Assembly: GCA_043754535.1 (NCBI GenBank)
Contig: JAYUUN010000028.1
Coordinates: 1-53,358 of the forward strand
From: Chloroflexota bacterium
GTDB taxonomy: Bacteria; Chloroflexota; Chloroflexia; QHBQ01
Direction: 5' to 3'
Length of the DNA stretch: 53,358 bases
In this document: in pieces, positions 19,227 through 28,985 of the stretch
Layout: every line of letters starts with the position of its first letter
How positions within the stretch are numbered: position 1 is the first letter of the stretch
The notes under the pieces: model-generated
Seen by the model: only the letters and a program-made list of their open reading frames with translations
The model's database searches: none
What the model was told of the DNA's origin: nothing
Translations under genes and position numbers: made by a program

Positions 19227-20081
19227 CTAGCTGCCGTCGTCGGGTAGCTGAACTACTGCACTGCTCATTTGCGTGCCGTCCACTGTGACTCGCACGTAAT
19301 GGTAGTAGCCGCCCATCCAGGCTGGCAAATGGAGAGGCGAACCAGCCCCGCCTGTGATGATGCGTGGCACCCCCGCCCGCTCGTAACTGGCGTAGGCTTG
19401 CAAGTGGCCGCTAAACACCGTCGCCACCTGCGCCGCGCTGACGATCTGCTGGAACTCAGCCGCGCCCGCTTGCAGCACCCGCTCGGCGTTGAGCGGCAGG
19501 GCGAAGGGGGTCTCTGAGGGGATGTGCATGAAGACGAACTTGAGCGGCTGACTGCTGGCTGCCAGGTCGTCGCGCAGCCAGGCTAGCTGGGCGGCAGCCA
19601 ACTGGTTGTCGGCATCGTCGTAGAGGGTGAAGTGGGCCGCTCCATAGTCGAAGCTCTGGTTGAGCGGCCAGCGCACTGCGAACGAAGCCCGCCCACCATT
19701 CAGCACGTCGTGGTTGCCCGGCACGGGGTAGACTGGCTTACCCAGCCCGCTGGTTAGCCGCTGGAAGTCGTCGAACTGGCTGGCATAACCCTGAGGCGTG
19801 ATGTCACCCACCACGATCATGAAAGCGTCGTTGCCCGCCACAAAGTCGCGGATGATCCGCCGAAAGATCGGCTGATCCTTCCAACTGTCGCCGCAGACGA
19901 TGAAGCTGAAGCGAGGGCTGGCGGTGGCGGTTGGCGGCAGGGGTGGATAGGTCGGGGTGGGAAAGAGGGTTGGCTCGACGAGAGCGATTCCCTCACCCGC
20001 AGGCGCAAGCTGGGGGATGGGGCTGGTTGCGCCGTCGCAGGCGAGCAGCAGCAAGAGCAGTAGAGCGAAGCTAGCCCTCAC
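19227..20081 (-). CDS. Calcineurin-like metallophosphoesterase lipoprotein
   Basis: Lipobox LLAC; GD, GD, GNHD, H and GHxx motifs. Confidence 0.85.
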   Translation of the reverse strand: MRASFALLLLLLLACDGATSPIPQLAPAGEGIALVEPTLFPTPTYPPLPPTATASPRFSFIVCGDSWKDQPIFRRIIRDFVAGNDAFMIVVGDITPQGYASQFDDFQRLTSGLGKPVYPVPGNHDVLNGGRASFAVRWPLNQSFDYGAAHFTLYDDADNQLAAAQLAWLRDDLAASSQPLKFVFMHIPSETPFALPLNAERVLQAGAAEFQQIVSAAQVATVFSGHLQAYASYERAGVPRIITGGAGSPLHLPAWMGGYYHYVRVTVDGTQMSSAVVQLPDDGS

Positions 20082-20686
20082 GGCTGAGATTGCTGAGCCT
20101 GCACTGTCTTCTGCAACAAGCGCGCCCGTGCCAGGGCGGCTGCTGGGCGCAGACGCACCTGCAAGAAGTAGAGGGCGGCCAGCGCAGGCAGCAGTAGTAG
20201 GGCGGCTACCACTGGCGCGAAGATCGCCAGCACTGCCACCCCAGCAGCGACGATGTCCTCTAGCAGGCTGACTAGCGCGTTGGCGTAGCCGCGAGTGGCG
20301 AGAGTAACGAGTGGGCGGGTGGTCATCTTCAGGGCGTGGACGGCAGCCGCCGCCAGCAGCCCCAGCCCGCCCGCGACCACTGGGCTGACGAACTCACCCC
20401 GCGCCGCATTGTAGGCAAGGAACAGTAGCGCGCCAGCCAGCGGGCGGATTATGGTAGCAACCCGGTCGTTGCGGCTGTCCCACCCCGGTATCTTGTCCAG
20501 CATCAACTCGACGGTCACGGGTAGCAGGATGATGAAGATCGCGAGCCACTCGCTGAGGGCGTGGTAGGGGGCGGGTAGGGCGAGCTTGCCGAACCGCCCC
20601 GCCAGCGCGAGGATCAGCAGGGGTAGGTAAGCGTTCAGGCCCGCAGAGGCGGCCAGGCAGAGACCCGCCAGGATGTCCATAAGCAA
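20078..20686 (-). CDS. DUF4126-family membrane protein
   Basis: LAASAGLNAYLPLL, ELMLDKIPGWD, IRPLAGA and VSLLED. Confidence 0.8.
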   Translation of the reverse strand: MLMDILAGLCLAASAGLNAYLPLLILALAGRFGKLALPAPYHALSEWLAIFIILLPVTVELMLDKIPGWDSRNDRVATIIRPLAGALLFLAYNAARGEFVSPVVAGGLGLLAAAAVHALKMTTRPLVTLATRGYANALVSLLEDIVAAGVAVLAIFAPVVAALLLLPALAALYFLQVRLRPAAALARARLLQKTVQAQQSQP

Positions 20687-20694
20687 CGTAACCT

Positions 20695-21513
20695 CTAACT
20701 TTGTCCGCCACCAGGATTGTTCGGGTTATTTGGGTTGTTCGGGTCATTCGGCTGAACATAGCCGGTTGGCGGCTGCTGGCCGTAGCCCGCTGGCGGCTGT
20801 TGACCGTAGCCCGCTGGTGGCTGCTGGCCGTAGCCCGCTGGTGGCTGCTGATCAAAGCCGGGGGGGACTTGGCCGTAGCCAGTGGGCGCAGGCGGGTAGC
20901 CGCCTTGCTGCTCCTTAGCCTTGTCGAAGGCGGTGCCATAGGGCTGCTGGCCGTAGCCCGCTGGCGGCTGCTGGCCGTAGGGAGGCTGGCCGCCGATCAT
21001 GCCCGCTGGATACATCGCTACTGGCTGCTTGTTGGCGTTGTTGCCAATCGCCCCAGTGATCAGCCCCGCCAGTGCGCCGATCAAGGCCCAGAGTAGTGGC
21101 CCGCCAACCACGCAGCAGAGGCCAACCCCGACCGTGCCGCTGCTGTAGAGGAAGTCGGCAAGCTGGTTGACGCTCAGGTTGGCGCGCTCCAAAGAGGCCG
21201 CAGTGCTGGGGTCAGCATTGACGCGGCTCTGGATCGCGCTCACCACCTCAGCCCGATCTACGCCGTTGAGGGCGAGGGCGAAGGAGACAGTGACGGCAAT
21301 GCCAGCGATCAAGCCGCCAACCAGCCCGGCAATTGCGCCGCTACCGGCCCCGCTGCCAGCCGAGCGGCCCCGGCTGACGAACAGTGCGCCGACTACCCCC
21401 GCCGCAATCGGCGTGAGGAGTACCGGAATGCCAGTGATGTACTGGCTAAAGAACAGTAGTGGGATGGAGATAATGCCAATCAGCAATCCCCCCTTCAATC
21501 CAGCCATACCCAT
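20695..21513 (-). CDS. Hypothetical membrane protein with Gly/Tyr/Gln/Pro low-complexity tail
   Basis: About 4 Gly-rich TM segments, then repeated GYGQQPPA and NPN units. Start set to ATG 21513. Confidence 0.75.
   Translation of the reverse strand: MGMAGLKGGLLIGIISIPLLFFSQYITGIPVLLTPIAAGVVGALFVSRGRSAGSGAGSGAIAGLVGGLIAGIAVTVSFALALNGVDRAEVVSAIQSRVNADPSTAASLERANLSVNQLADFLYSSGTVGVGLCCVVGGPLLWALIGALAGLITGAIGNNANKQPVAMYPAGMIGGQPPYGQQPPAGYGQQPYGTAFDKAKEQQGGYPPAPTGYGQVPPGFDQQPPAGYGQQPPAGYGQQPPAGYGQQPPTGYVQPNDPNNPNNPNNPGGGQS
20705..20995. repeat. Coding tandem repeats: 24-bp units (GYGQQPPA) and 9-bp units (NPN)
   Basis: GGCTGCTGGCCGTAGCCCGCT-type units recur around 20769-20850 and 20941-20990. Confidence 0.85.
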
Positions 21514-21642
21514 TGCGAGCAATCCCTTTCTTGAACACAGCTCAGCGAGTCAACGTTGTCGGCTACAGGATAGCACAAGAGGCGGCGGCGGTCAACCAGC
21601 CTCCCCTTGTAGACAGCGTTTGCCACTGTGATGTTGCAGCGA

Positions 21643-22602
21643 TCAGGCTTTGCGTCGTGTCGCGCGACGATAGAAGTAGCCGCCCAGCCAGCCAGCCCCA
21701 GCTCCACCGAGGACGAACAGGATGGTAATGGCGGCCTGCACGTAGGGATTACGGTCTGCGGCAAAGATGCCAATCGCTTGCAATCCTAGCCACAGGCTGA
21801 CCAATAGCGCGCCAAAGCCGACCAACAGACCCGCAGGGAGGCCGCCGCCTGCCAACACTTTGCCGCGTAGGAGGGTGCTGAACACCCCCGCTAGCAGCGC
21901 GCACAGCAGCAAGGTAAGGGGCTGAAGGGGGATGGGCAGGAAGATGCTAACTATCAGCCAGAGCAACAGGCTGAAGAAGGCGGGGATCATTGCCACCCCA
22001 CGACTGGCGATGAAGGCTTCGTGCGCCTCGTCGGGCTGCGCCACCACCAGGGGCGGCAAGTCCTCCAGGGCCATGACCGTCGGGATGTCCAGCACTGCCA
22101 CACTGCCCACCTCGACCATCTCGCTCTGCTCTACGCTCCAGGGCTGCACTGCACTCTGCGCAACTGGGGGCGGTACGTTCTTGAGCTTGATGTAGGTGGG
22201 ATTGGGCAGCACGAAGGCGGGAGCGGGCTGGGCAGGGCGGTAGTTGACGGCGGCGTGCAGCAAGGCACCAATCATGCTGGCTGCCGCTGCGACAGTAAAG
22301 GGGGTGAGGCCAGGCCAGTAGCCGCCACCGCTGACGCTTCGGATCAGTACCAACGAACCGAGCGAGTAGATAGCCGCTGCCACGCAACCGGCGATGATGC
22401 CGCTGATCGCTGTCTGCCAGAAGCTATCCAGTTCGGCTATGCGGCTGCTGAGGATGCCGCAAGCGAAGGCGATCAGGCCGAGCAGCACCCACAGCCAGGC
22501 CGCCTCGCCACCACCAACCCGCACCACCAGGGCGGTGAGCAGCACCAGACAGATCGAGAAGCTGCCGCCCCCAGCCCCAGCCAACAAACCTGCACCTACC
22601 AT
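21643..22602 (-). CDS. Hypothetical membrane protein (two TM bundles joined by a Pro-rich linker)
   Basis: Hydrophobic N- and C-terminal blocks. Start set to ATG 22602 after GGGAGG. Confidence 0.7.
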   Translation of the reverse strand: MVGAGLLAGAGGGSFSICLVLLTALVVRVGGGEAAWLWVLLGLIAFACGILSSRIAELDSFWQTAISGIIAGCVAAAIYSLGSLVLIRSVSGGGYWPGLTPFTVAAAASMIGALLHAAVNYRPAQPAPAFVLPNPTYIKLKNVPPPVAQSAVQPWSVEQSEMVEVGSVAVLDIPTVMALEDLPPLVVAQPDEAHEAFIASRGVAMIPAFFSLLLWLIVSIFLPIPLQPLTLLLCALLAGVFSTLLRGKVLAGGGLPAGLLVGFGALLVSLWLGLQAIGIFAADRNPYVQAAITILFVLGGAGAGWLGGYFYRRATRRKA

Positions 22603-22618
22603 CGTGCTACCTCCCTGC

Positions 22619-23545
22619 TTATTTGTTGTGCGGCGGCCACGCCCCTTTGTCGAGGACAGCGCGTGCGCCTGCTGCATTGGCCTGCTGCAAGATCGATTCC
22701 AGGCTGCCAGCAGCCAATGCGCCCAGCCCTGCCGCCCGTAGTTGGCTGATCAGGGCGGCCATGAAAGCGTCGCCCGCCCCAGTGGTGTCTACCGCCTGCA
22801 CGACGGGGGCTGGCACGCTGCCATACTCACCACTCGCCAGCAGCAGGTATGTACTACCCACATCGCCGAGGGTGACACTGACCAAGCGGGTGGCCGCCCC
22901 TAGCAGTTGCCGCTGCAAGATAGGCAGGGCAGACAACACGTTGGTCTCGCCAGTGAGAAACTCTAGCTCTACCTCGCTGAGTTTCACGATGTCGGCCTCG
23001 CGCACCGCCCGTGCAAGTTGCAGCCGCGCTTCGTCCAGGCTGGCCCAGAGCGACGGGCGGAGGTTGGCATCGAAGCTGATCGGGATACCACGCTGGCGGG
23101 CCAGAGCGACCGCCTGCCAGTTGGCCGCGCGCGCCGGTTCACGGCTGAGGCTGACCCCACCAAAATGCAACCAATCGCCCCTCATTATATACTCTGTTGC
23201 CAGTGGATTCAGTTCAAATTGTGCGTCTGCCCCAGAGAGGAAGCTGAAGTCGCGCTCTCCCGCCGCGGTAAGCGAGACGAAGGCCAGGGTGGTATGGCTG
23301 TTAGCTGGCAGTTGCAGCCCGCCTGCCTCTACCCCACGCTCTTGCAGGGCAGAGCGCAGGTAGCGACCAAAAGCGTCATTGCCAACTGCACCGAGGAAGG
23401 CGACTGGCTGATCGAGAGCAGCCAGCCAGACGGCTACGTTAGCCACCGCCCCACCAGCGGCCTTGATGAAAGCGGGCGCATCCTCCAACCGCCCAGGCTG
23501 GCTGGCTACAAAGTCGATCAGGATTTCGCCGATGCAGATGATCAT
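22619..23545 (-). CDS. PfkB-family carbohydrate kinase (fructokinase-like)
   Basis: GEILIDF, GGAVANVA, FDANLRPSLW and DTTGAGDAF. ATG 23545 lies 7 nt after TATAAT (probably leaderless). Confidence 0.92.
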   Translation of the reverse strand: MIICIGEILIDFVASQPGRLEDAPAFIKAAGGAVANVAVWLAALDQPVAFLGAVGNDAFGRYLRSALQERGVEAGGLQLPANSHTTLAFVSLTAAGERDFSFLSGADAQFELNPLATEYIMRGDWLHFGGVSLSREPARAANWQAVALARQRGIPISFDANLRPSLWASLDEARLQLARAVREADIVKLSEVELEFLTGETNVLSALPILQRQLLGAATRLVSVTLGDVGSTYLLLASGEYGSVPAPVVQAVDTTGAGDAFMAALISQLRAAGLGALAAGSLESILQQANAAGARAVLDKGAWPPHNK

Positions 23546-23590
23546 GCTGGGGATTATACTACTTGCGCGGCGAACTGGCAAAGTGGCTGC

Positions 23591-24259
23591 TTACTTCGCA
23601 AAGTCCAGCGGGTTCTTGTTCACACAGACGCGCTCTGTGGTACCAGATTTGGTCGGGTCACCCTTGCAGAGCCACACCTGATAGTCCACGTGGCAGCCGG
23701 TGGAGTTGCCAGTGGTACCCATCTGGCCGATCACGTCGCCACTGGCTACGCTCTGGCCGTCTTTCACGGCAATCTTCTGCATATGCCCGTAGGTAGTGCT
23801 GTAGTTCTTGCCAACCACGTAGACAAGGTTGCCATACACCGGGTCGTTGAGCAGCGTCTTGACCACGCCAGGGTGGGTGGCGACGAGGGCCGAGCCACAG
23901 GCATCCTTGTCGTGGTAGTAGGCGTAGTCTACCGCCCCATAGGGGCCGGGGCCGCCATGCCCAGCGTAGTCTTTGGTGATCACCCAGTCAGTGCGCTTGG
24001 GGTCAACCGGGCGAATGCTGGGGCGGTCGTCGCTGGTGGGCATGGTCAGTGCGCCGCTCTGAGCGTGGGCGGCGATGGTGCTGACCGCCTGACTAACCTC
24101 CTGCGGGCCGGGGCTGCTAACCGTGAGGTGGCTATCACGGCTGGCATTCCTGAAGGCGGCGAGCAGCAGCACGCCTGCTACCAGGATGGCCGCAACCACA
24201 GCGAGGCTGATCCAGGTGCTATGGCGGTTGCGTTGAGGCTCCGCATTATAGTTCAACAT
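23591..24259 (-). CDS. Membrane-anchored M23-family metallopeptidase
   Basis: N-terminal TM; H....GAVD, YGNLV, YGHM and GTTGNSTGCHVDY. Confidence 0.85.
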   Translation of the reverse strand: MLNYNAEPQRNRHSTWISLAVVAAILVAGVLLLAAFRNASRDSHLTVSSPGPQEVSQAVSTIAAHAQSGALTMPTSDDRPSIRPVDPKRTDWVITKDYAGHGGPGPYGAVDYAYYHDKDACGSALVATHPGVVKTLLNDPVYGNLVYVVGKNYSTTYGHMQKIAVKDGQSVASGDVIGQMGTTGNSTGCHVDYQVWLCKGDPTKSGTTERVCVNKNPLDFAK

Positions 24260-24293
24260 CGCACGGCCCCCCTTGCAGCCCGGCTGGGCTAAA

Positions 24294-26699
24294 CTACACT
24301 ACGTTGATGATCGCCGCGTCGTCGTTGGTGGCAAGTAGCACCTGCGTGCGCTGCAAGGCGGCCACTGCCTGCGCTACGGCGGGCGACAGGTGAGTGAGGG
24401 CAGCAAAGGACGCATAGCTACCCGCATCCTGCCGCAGCAGCAAGTGATGGGGAACGTGGCCGAGCAGCGACGGGCTATCATCGGCTACCAGCAGGTCATC
24501 AGCGCGGTCAGCAAGCAGCCAGAGGCTAAGCGGCTGCCCCTCATCCACCAACGAGCGACGGGCTGCATCAGCCAGGCCAGGATCGCTCAAGGCGGCGGCT
24601 GCGTCAGCGAAGATGAAGGCGGGCCAGTTGCTAGCCCCACGCCGCAGGCCTGGGAAGCCCTCCAACGCCACCCCCGGCGCAGTAGCCCGCAGGTTGACCA
24701 ACAGGCGGCTGACCGTCAGCTTAGCCAGGTAGACGGCGAGCGGCTCTGGCACCTCAGTCGGATGGGCGTGGCCGACGAGCAAGATACTGGCGGCAGGGTC
24801 TGCTTCATGCTCCACCTTGCCTAGCCTGCTATCTTCCTGATTTACAAACAGCCTGCGCCAGCGACCACGACTGAGGGTGAGCAGGGCGTGACCAAGCTGG
24901 CGGTAGCCACCCGCGTTCAGCGTGCTTGCCAGCAGCTTGAGGCTGAGGGGCTGCCGCCGCTCCAGGTGGTTGAGGCCCAGTTGGAACAGGGCCGCCTTCA
25001 GGTGGCTGACTTGCTCCTCGTCCAGGCCGCCAGCCAACAGGGTGAGCAGGTCTGCCGACTCCACGATCCACTGCTCGAAGCGGGCAGGGTCGTCCAGTTC
25101 GGCGTAACTTGTCGCCAGCAGGTTGAGATTACCGCCTTGCTCGCCCTCGGCACCGGGCAGCAGGTAGTGACCGCCAAGCTGCTCGGCGAAGATGCGCCAG
25201 CGGCCTTCGGGGTCGTAGCCGTACAAGTCGAAGCTAGCCAGGTAACTGAGGACTGCCCACTGCTGGGCGAGCTTGTGGCGGTACTCTGGCTTGCCGCCGC
25301 TGATCGTGCGGTGGCCGGGGGCAGCCGCGGCTTCAGGGGCGAAGGTGACTACCGTGCGGTCGCGGGCGAGGCCGAGCGGGGGGTAGGTGAGATCAGGCGG
25401 CGGCGTGGCACAGGCCAGCCAGGTGAGCGGGGCGACGGCTGCTGCATTGAGGGTGAAGTGGCGGCCACATTGGTTGCGGTTGAGGGGCAGGCTGGTACGT
25501 AGCCCGCGCTCGACATCGCTGCGCCCGCGCATGAGCGTGGGAGCAAAGCCGAGCCGTTCCAGTTCGCCAGCGAAGCGGGTCTGCTGGCTAGCGGCATGGC
25601 CTTGCGGCGCACGCAGAGCAAACAGCAGGCTCAACTCCTTCAGCCGATCTTCACCCTGCCGCATCTGGTGTAGCCGCTTTTCCACCTCAGCCCGCTCGAT
25701 CTCCAGGTTGGCGCGCTCGATGAGGGTAGCGGGAGTGGTCGGCTGGCTGTAGACCAAATGGGGGCCAGTGATTGGGCCATCAGGCAGGGGGGTGCGGAAG
25801 CGATCCCGCGGCTGCTCCGCCTCGTCAGGGGCGACCAGTTCGGCCAGGCGCGCATCAATGTGGGTCAGACGACGTTCCAGCACCTTGAGCATCTCAACCT
25901 CGTAGCGGGCTGGTTGCAGGTGGACTGTGACATCGTACTCATAACCGGCCAGCGCATCACTCCGCAAGACCGGCCAGAGCCACTCGCCAGCGGGAGCGGC
26001 AGGACTGGGCGGCTGAGCGCAGTAGAAGCTGACGCTGGTCTGCTTCTCTAGCAAGATGCTGTCGGCGGTGAGGTAGGAGGAGGTGGGGCCGATCACGCTG
26101 AAGGGACTGTCGGCCAGGCGCGCCCGCTCATCCTCGCTCAGGTCGCTGCCGGGGCGCAGCCAGGCCAGCAGCCGTTCGGCGATCTCGTTGCTGCCGAGGG
26201 TGCTGCACTCAAAGGGCAGGCTGGCGTAGAGTTGGGCCAGACGAGCGGCCAATTCGCTCTCGCTGCTGCCGCTGACCGCCAGCCCACACCAGACCTCCGC
26301 CGCGCCATGCTCGTGCCAGCGGCGTACCTGCCCGCTGAAGTCAGCCCACAGTTGCTCCCCGGTCGCCGCCGAGTGGACGAAGCGGCGGGCAACCCGCTTG
26401 CGCCAGCGGGCCACATAGCGATCCACGTCGAGCAACCGCCGCTGCAAGATGAACTGCACCGGGAACTCTGGCAGATGCTGCTGCAAGGTTTGTAGCACGC
26501 CCTGCTCGCGCTCCCGTGCTGCCAGCCAGTAGTTGAGGCCACGCAGTTGTAGTAGGCCAGTCAGTCCGCCACCGGTCAGTTGCAGCGCACCAAACCGCTC
26601 TACGCCCGCCTCGTTGGTGACGGCGTAGAGATCGGTGAAGCCGAGCCGTCTTTCCAACGCCCGACTATCGAAATCAGTGCTGAGGATCGAGAGGAGCAT
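24294..26699 (-). CDS. VirB4/ConE-like conjugative ATPase homolog with degenerate Walker motifs
   Basis: Length ~800 aa; TSLPLN, PLGLARDRTVVTF and YDPEGRW..AEQLGG match the VirB4 layout. The P-loop position reads GHRTISGGKPEYRH; the Walker B position reads FIFADAA. Confidence 0.6.
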   Translation of the reverse strand: MLLSILSTDFDSRALERRLGFTDLYAVTNEAGVERFGALQLTGGGLTGLLQLRGLNYWLAAREREQGVLQTLQQHLPEFPVQFILQRRLLDVDRYVARWRKRVARRFVHSAATGEQLWADFSGQVRRWHEHGAAEVWCGLAVSGSSESELAARLAQLYASLPFECSTLGSNEIAERLLAWLRPGSDLSEDERARLADSPFSVIGPTSSYLTADSILLEKQTSVSFYCAQPPSPAAPAGEWLWPVLRSDALAGYEYDVTVHLQPARYEVEMLKVLERRLTHIDARLAELVAPDEAEQPRDRFRTPLPDGPITGPHLVYSQPTTPATLIERANLEIERAEVEKRLHQMRQGEDRLKELSLLFALRAPQGHAASQQTRFAGELERLGFAPTLMRGRSDVERGLRTSLPLNRNQCGRHFTLNAAAVAPLTWLACATPPPDLTYPPLGLARDRTVVTFAPEAAAAPGHRTISGGKPEYRHKLAQQWAVLSYLASFDLYGYDPEGRWRIFAEQLGGHYLLPGAEGEQGGNLNLLATSYAELDDPARFEQWIVESADLLTLLAGGLDEEQVSHLKAALFQLGLNHLERRQPLSLKLLASTLNAGGYRQLGHALLTLSRGRWRRLFVNQEDSRLGKVEHEADPAASILLVGHAHPTEVPEPLAVYLAKLTVSRLLVNLRATAPGVALEGFPGLRRGASNWPAFIFADAAAALSDPGLADAARRSLVDEGQPLSLWLLADRADDLLVADDSPSLLGHVPHHLLLRQDAGSYASFAALTHLSPAVAQAVAALQRTQVLLATNDDAAIINVV

Positions 26700-26767
26700 C
26701 AACCCACCTTCGCCACAAAGATTAACCAACCGTGCCGCAGAGATCGTGCCACGTCACGCCGCTGCGA

Positions 26768-26797
26768 TTATATACCGTCAGTTTGGCCGCAGGCAAC
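26768..26797 (-). promoter_or_regulatory. Possible sigma70-type promoter for the VirB4-like/M23 pair
   Basis: Minus strand TTGCCT-18 bp-TATAAT. Confidence 0.5.
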
Positions 26798-26802
26798 TAC
26801 GC

Positions 26803-27909
26803 CTATTGTTCGGCGGCCCGCCACTGGGCAACGAGGCTGTTGACCACGTTGGCGTAGCCGTTAGGGTCGTTCGAGTCGCCCGACGGGGCGTAACGAGTGG
26901 TGATCTGCTCTGGGGTAACCAGCCCGTCACCGATGTAGAGGCTACTGGTGAGCAGCTTGTACCAATGTTCTATAGACTGGTCGTAGTTGTCGTACAGAGC
27001 ATAACCGCCATTGACTTTGTAGCACTTGTACTCTGTCACACAGCGTATGTTGCCCCAGGAGTGCGTAATCGTAGCCATGCCCTTAGTGCCAGCACTGCTT
27101 TCGTGGATGAAGAAGGCCAGGGGGTAAGCCGGGTCAATGCCATACTTGAGGCCGAGGTCGTAGAGTACCTGACCCTTGCCCTGGGCTGGCGAACTGTAGT
27201 CCTTCAGCACGCGCTCTATGGTGGCGACGCTGACGCTGGGCAGGCCGCGCAGGTCGTGGGCATCGGAGCCAGGGTGCCGCATCGCCAGGCCGTTGCCAAC
27301 TGGTGGCTGCTGCGGCAGGGCAGGCTGCGGGGGTTGGCTGCCAGTTAGCTGCTCCTGCATCAGTTGGCCGGTTGCCATCGCCGCCCCGCCGCTGAAACTG
27401 ACCGCGCCCAGGTTGCTGGCAACAAAGTGGCTGCTGCCAAAGATCAGGGTAGCACTGAGCAGCAGTGCCGCGCCAGTGGCAGCCAGGAAAGAGGTAGCCT
27501 TACGCCCACCTTTCGCCTGCACCACAGCTTGCACATCTTCGTAGTCTGCGCTGAACATCTCTGCCGAGTAAGTCGGCAGGTTCACCTGCGGCAAGCCCTT
27601 ACTGTGGGCTGGGGTGGGGGGCAGGGGTGAGGCAGCGGGTGGCTGCTTGACAGGCTTGCTCTGCTCTGGCTGGAAGGAAGCGGGTTCACGCTGCCAGGCA
27701 CGGGTGTAGGTCTCGCGGTAGGCTGCCGCTTCAACATCTACTAGCGGGGTCTTGCGAGCGGCTGGTGGCAGAGGGGTGGAGTAGCCGCGCTTGCCCTTCG
27801 TGGGGCTGGCGGTGGGGGCGGCGGGAGCGGGGGCGGCGCGACAGAAGCTGCCAGCCACGTAACTACCTTCCTGCTCAAGCCACTGCTCGAACCTGATCGC
27901 CTTGCTCAC
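26803..27909 (-). CDS. Membrane-anchored glucosaminidase/lysozyme-like peptidoglycan hydrolase with Pro-rich N-terminus
   Basis: C-terminal YGIDPAYPLAFFIHESSAGT..SWGNI and YAPSGDSNDPNGY; single TM. Start set to GTG 27909 after AAAGGA. Confidence 0.75.
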   Translation of the reverse strand: MSKAIRFEQWLEQEGSYVAGSFCRAAPAPAAPTASPTKGKRGYSTPLPPAARKTPLVDVEAAAYRETYTRAWQREPASFQPEQSKPVKQPPAASPLPPTPAHSKGLPQVNLPTYSAEMFSADYEDVQAVVQAKGGRKATSFLAATGAALLLSATLIFGSSHFVASNLGAVSFSGGAAMATGQLMQEQLTGSQPPQPALPQQPPVGNGLAMRHPGSDAHDLRGLPSVSVATIERVLKDYSSPAQGKGQVLYDLGLKYGIDPAYPLAFFIHESSAGTKGMATITHSWGNIRCVTEYKCYKVNGGYALYDNYDQSIEHWYKLLTSSLYIGDGLVTPEQITTRYAPSGDSNDPNGYANVVNSLVAQWRAAEQ

Positions 27910-28070
27910 GGTGCTTTTCCTTTGCGCTAACTGGGCGGGGGACGTAGTTAACCTCTGGCAGATGGGCCATGCGAACAGATAGCAACCTGCAAAGGTGAGT
28001 ACGTTACGGCCATCCAACGTACCCACCTTGCAAGTGGGCTGGCCCTTCCAGCCCTGGGCGAAAAGCCGAT

Positions 28071-28880
28071 CTACTTGGCAGGGGCTGCGGCACTGCCGCT
28101 GACGGGCTGGGCCGCCGCTGTGCTGCTGGCGTTGCCGAGGGCGCGCTCGACGCTGGCTCTCTCCTCCGGCTTCATGGCGCGGAAGGCGGTGCCGTCGTTG
28201 ATATAGGCAGTCTGTGCGCCCTTCGCCGAAATCACCAGGTCGGACTTGCCATCACCGTTCAGGTCACTGATCTCAAGCTGCACTGGCACCTTGTCTTCGC
28301 CCTTGCCGAACAGGTAAGGGCCAGTGATCGTCATCGCCTTGCTGGGGTCGCTACCAGGGAACTCGACCACCGTGATCTGCCCATGCAGGTTGATCGCCAG
28401 GAAATGGCTGGGCAGGCCGCTACTCTCATGGCCGACAAAAGCCTCAACGTGGGTAGTGCAGGCCTGGTCGCAGAGGTAGCCGAGGTTGTCCATGCGGCTG
28501 CCCATGAAACCGACTGCGCTGCTGATCAGCAGGTAGGTGACGATCACTGCGACGGCGAAGCCGCCAGCCAGCATGATCGGCTTGGCCTGCCCGAAGCGGT
28601 CGCCTGCCCCCGCAAACTTGCCGCCCAGGTCGAAGCTGGGGCGCGGCTTGCTCACCTGTTGAGTGGGGGCAGCGTAGGTAGTGGTGCTGGAGCGGCGCAG
28701 GTCACCTGTCGCCTGCCGCTCGGCAGTGCGCACGATGCGGGGGCCGGGTGCGCTAGCAGAGGGCATCTCCTCGGTCGCGCTATCATCCATGAAGTCCAGA
28801 TTACGGTTGACGAGTTGGCTCCAGCCGGTGTTGCGGCTGCTGCGCTCCTCCTGAAACTGACGCTGGGCCTGGCTAGCCAT
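28071..28880 (-). CDS. Hypothetical bitopic membrane protein with an FG-GAP-like Ca-binding loop
   Basis: Strong SD AGGAGGAGG; single TM; DLNGDGKSD. Confidence 0.75.
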   Translation of the reverse strand: MASQAQRQFQEERSSRNTGWSQLVNRNLDFMDDSATEEMPSASAPGPRIVRTAERQATGDLRRSSTTTYAAPTQQVSKPRPSFDLGGKFAGAGDRFGQAKPIMLAGGFAVAVIVTYLLISSAVGFMGSRMDNLGYLCDQACTTHVEAFVGHESSGLPSHFLAINLHGQITVVEFPGSDPSKAMTITGPYLFGKGEDKVPVQLEISDLNGDGKSDLVISAKGAQTAYINDGTAFRAMKPEERASVERALGNASSTAAAQPVSGSAAAPAK

Positions 28881-28985
28881 CTTGCTTCCTCCTCCTGGTT
28901 TGTTCCAGTATGTGTACTAGAACACACTGGCTTTTGAGCCGGGGTACCGCCGTTTGCGATACCCCGCAATCTGGTTGGGTACTGC

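Noticed and set aside
23018..24292. Long antisense ORFs (also 40395-41663, 5992-6762, 52568-53317 and others)
   Set aside because: Shadow frames of well-supported genes on the opposite strand, expected at high GC.
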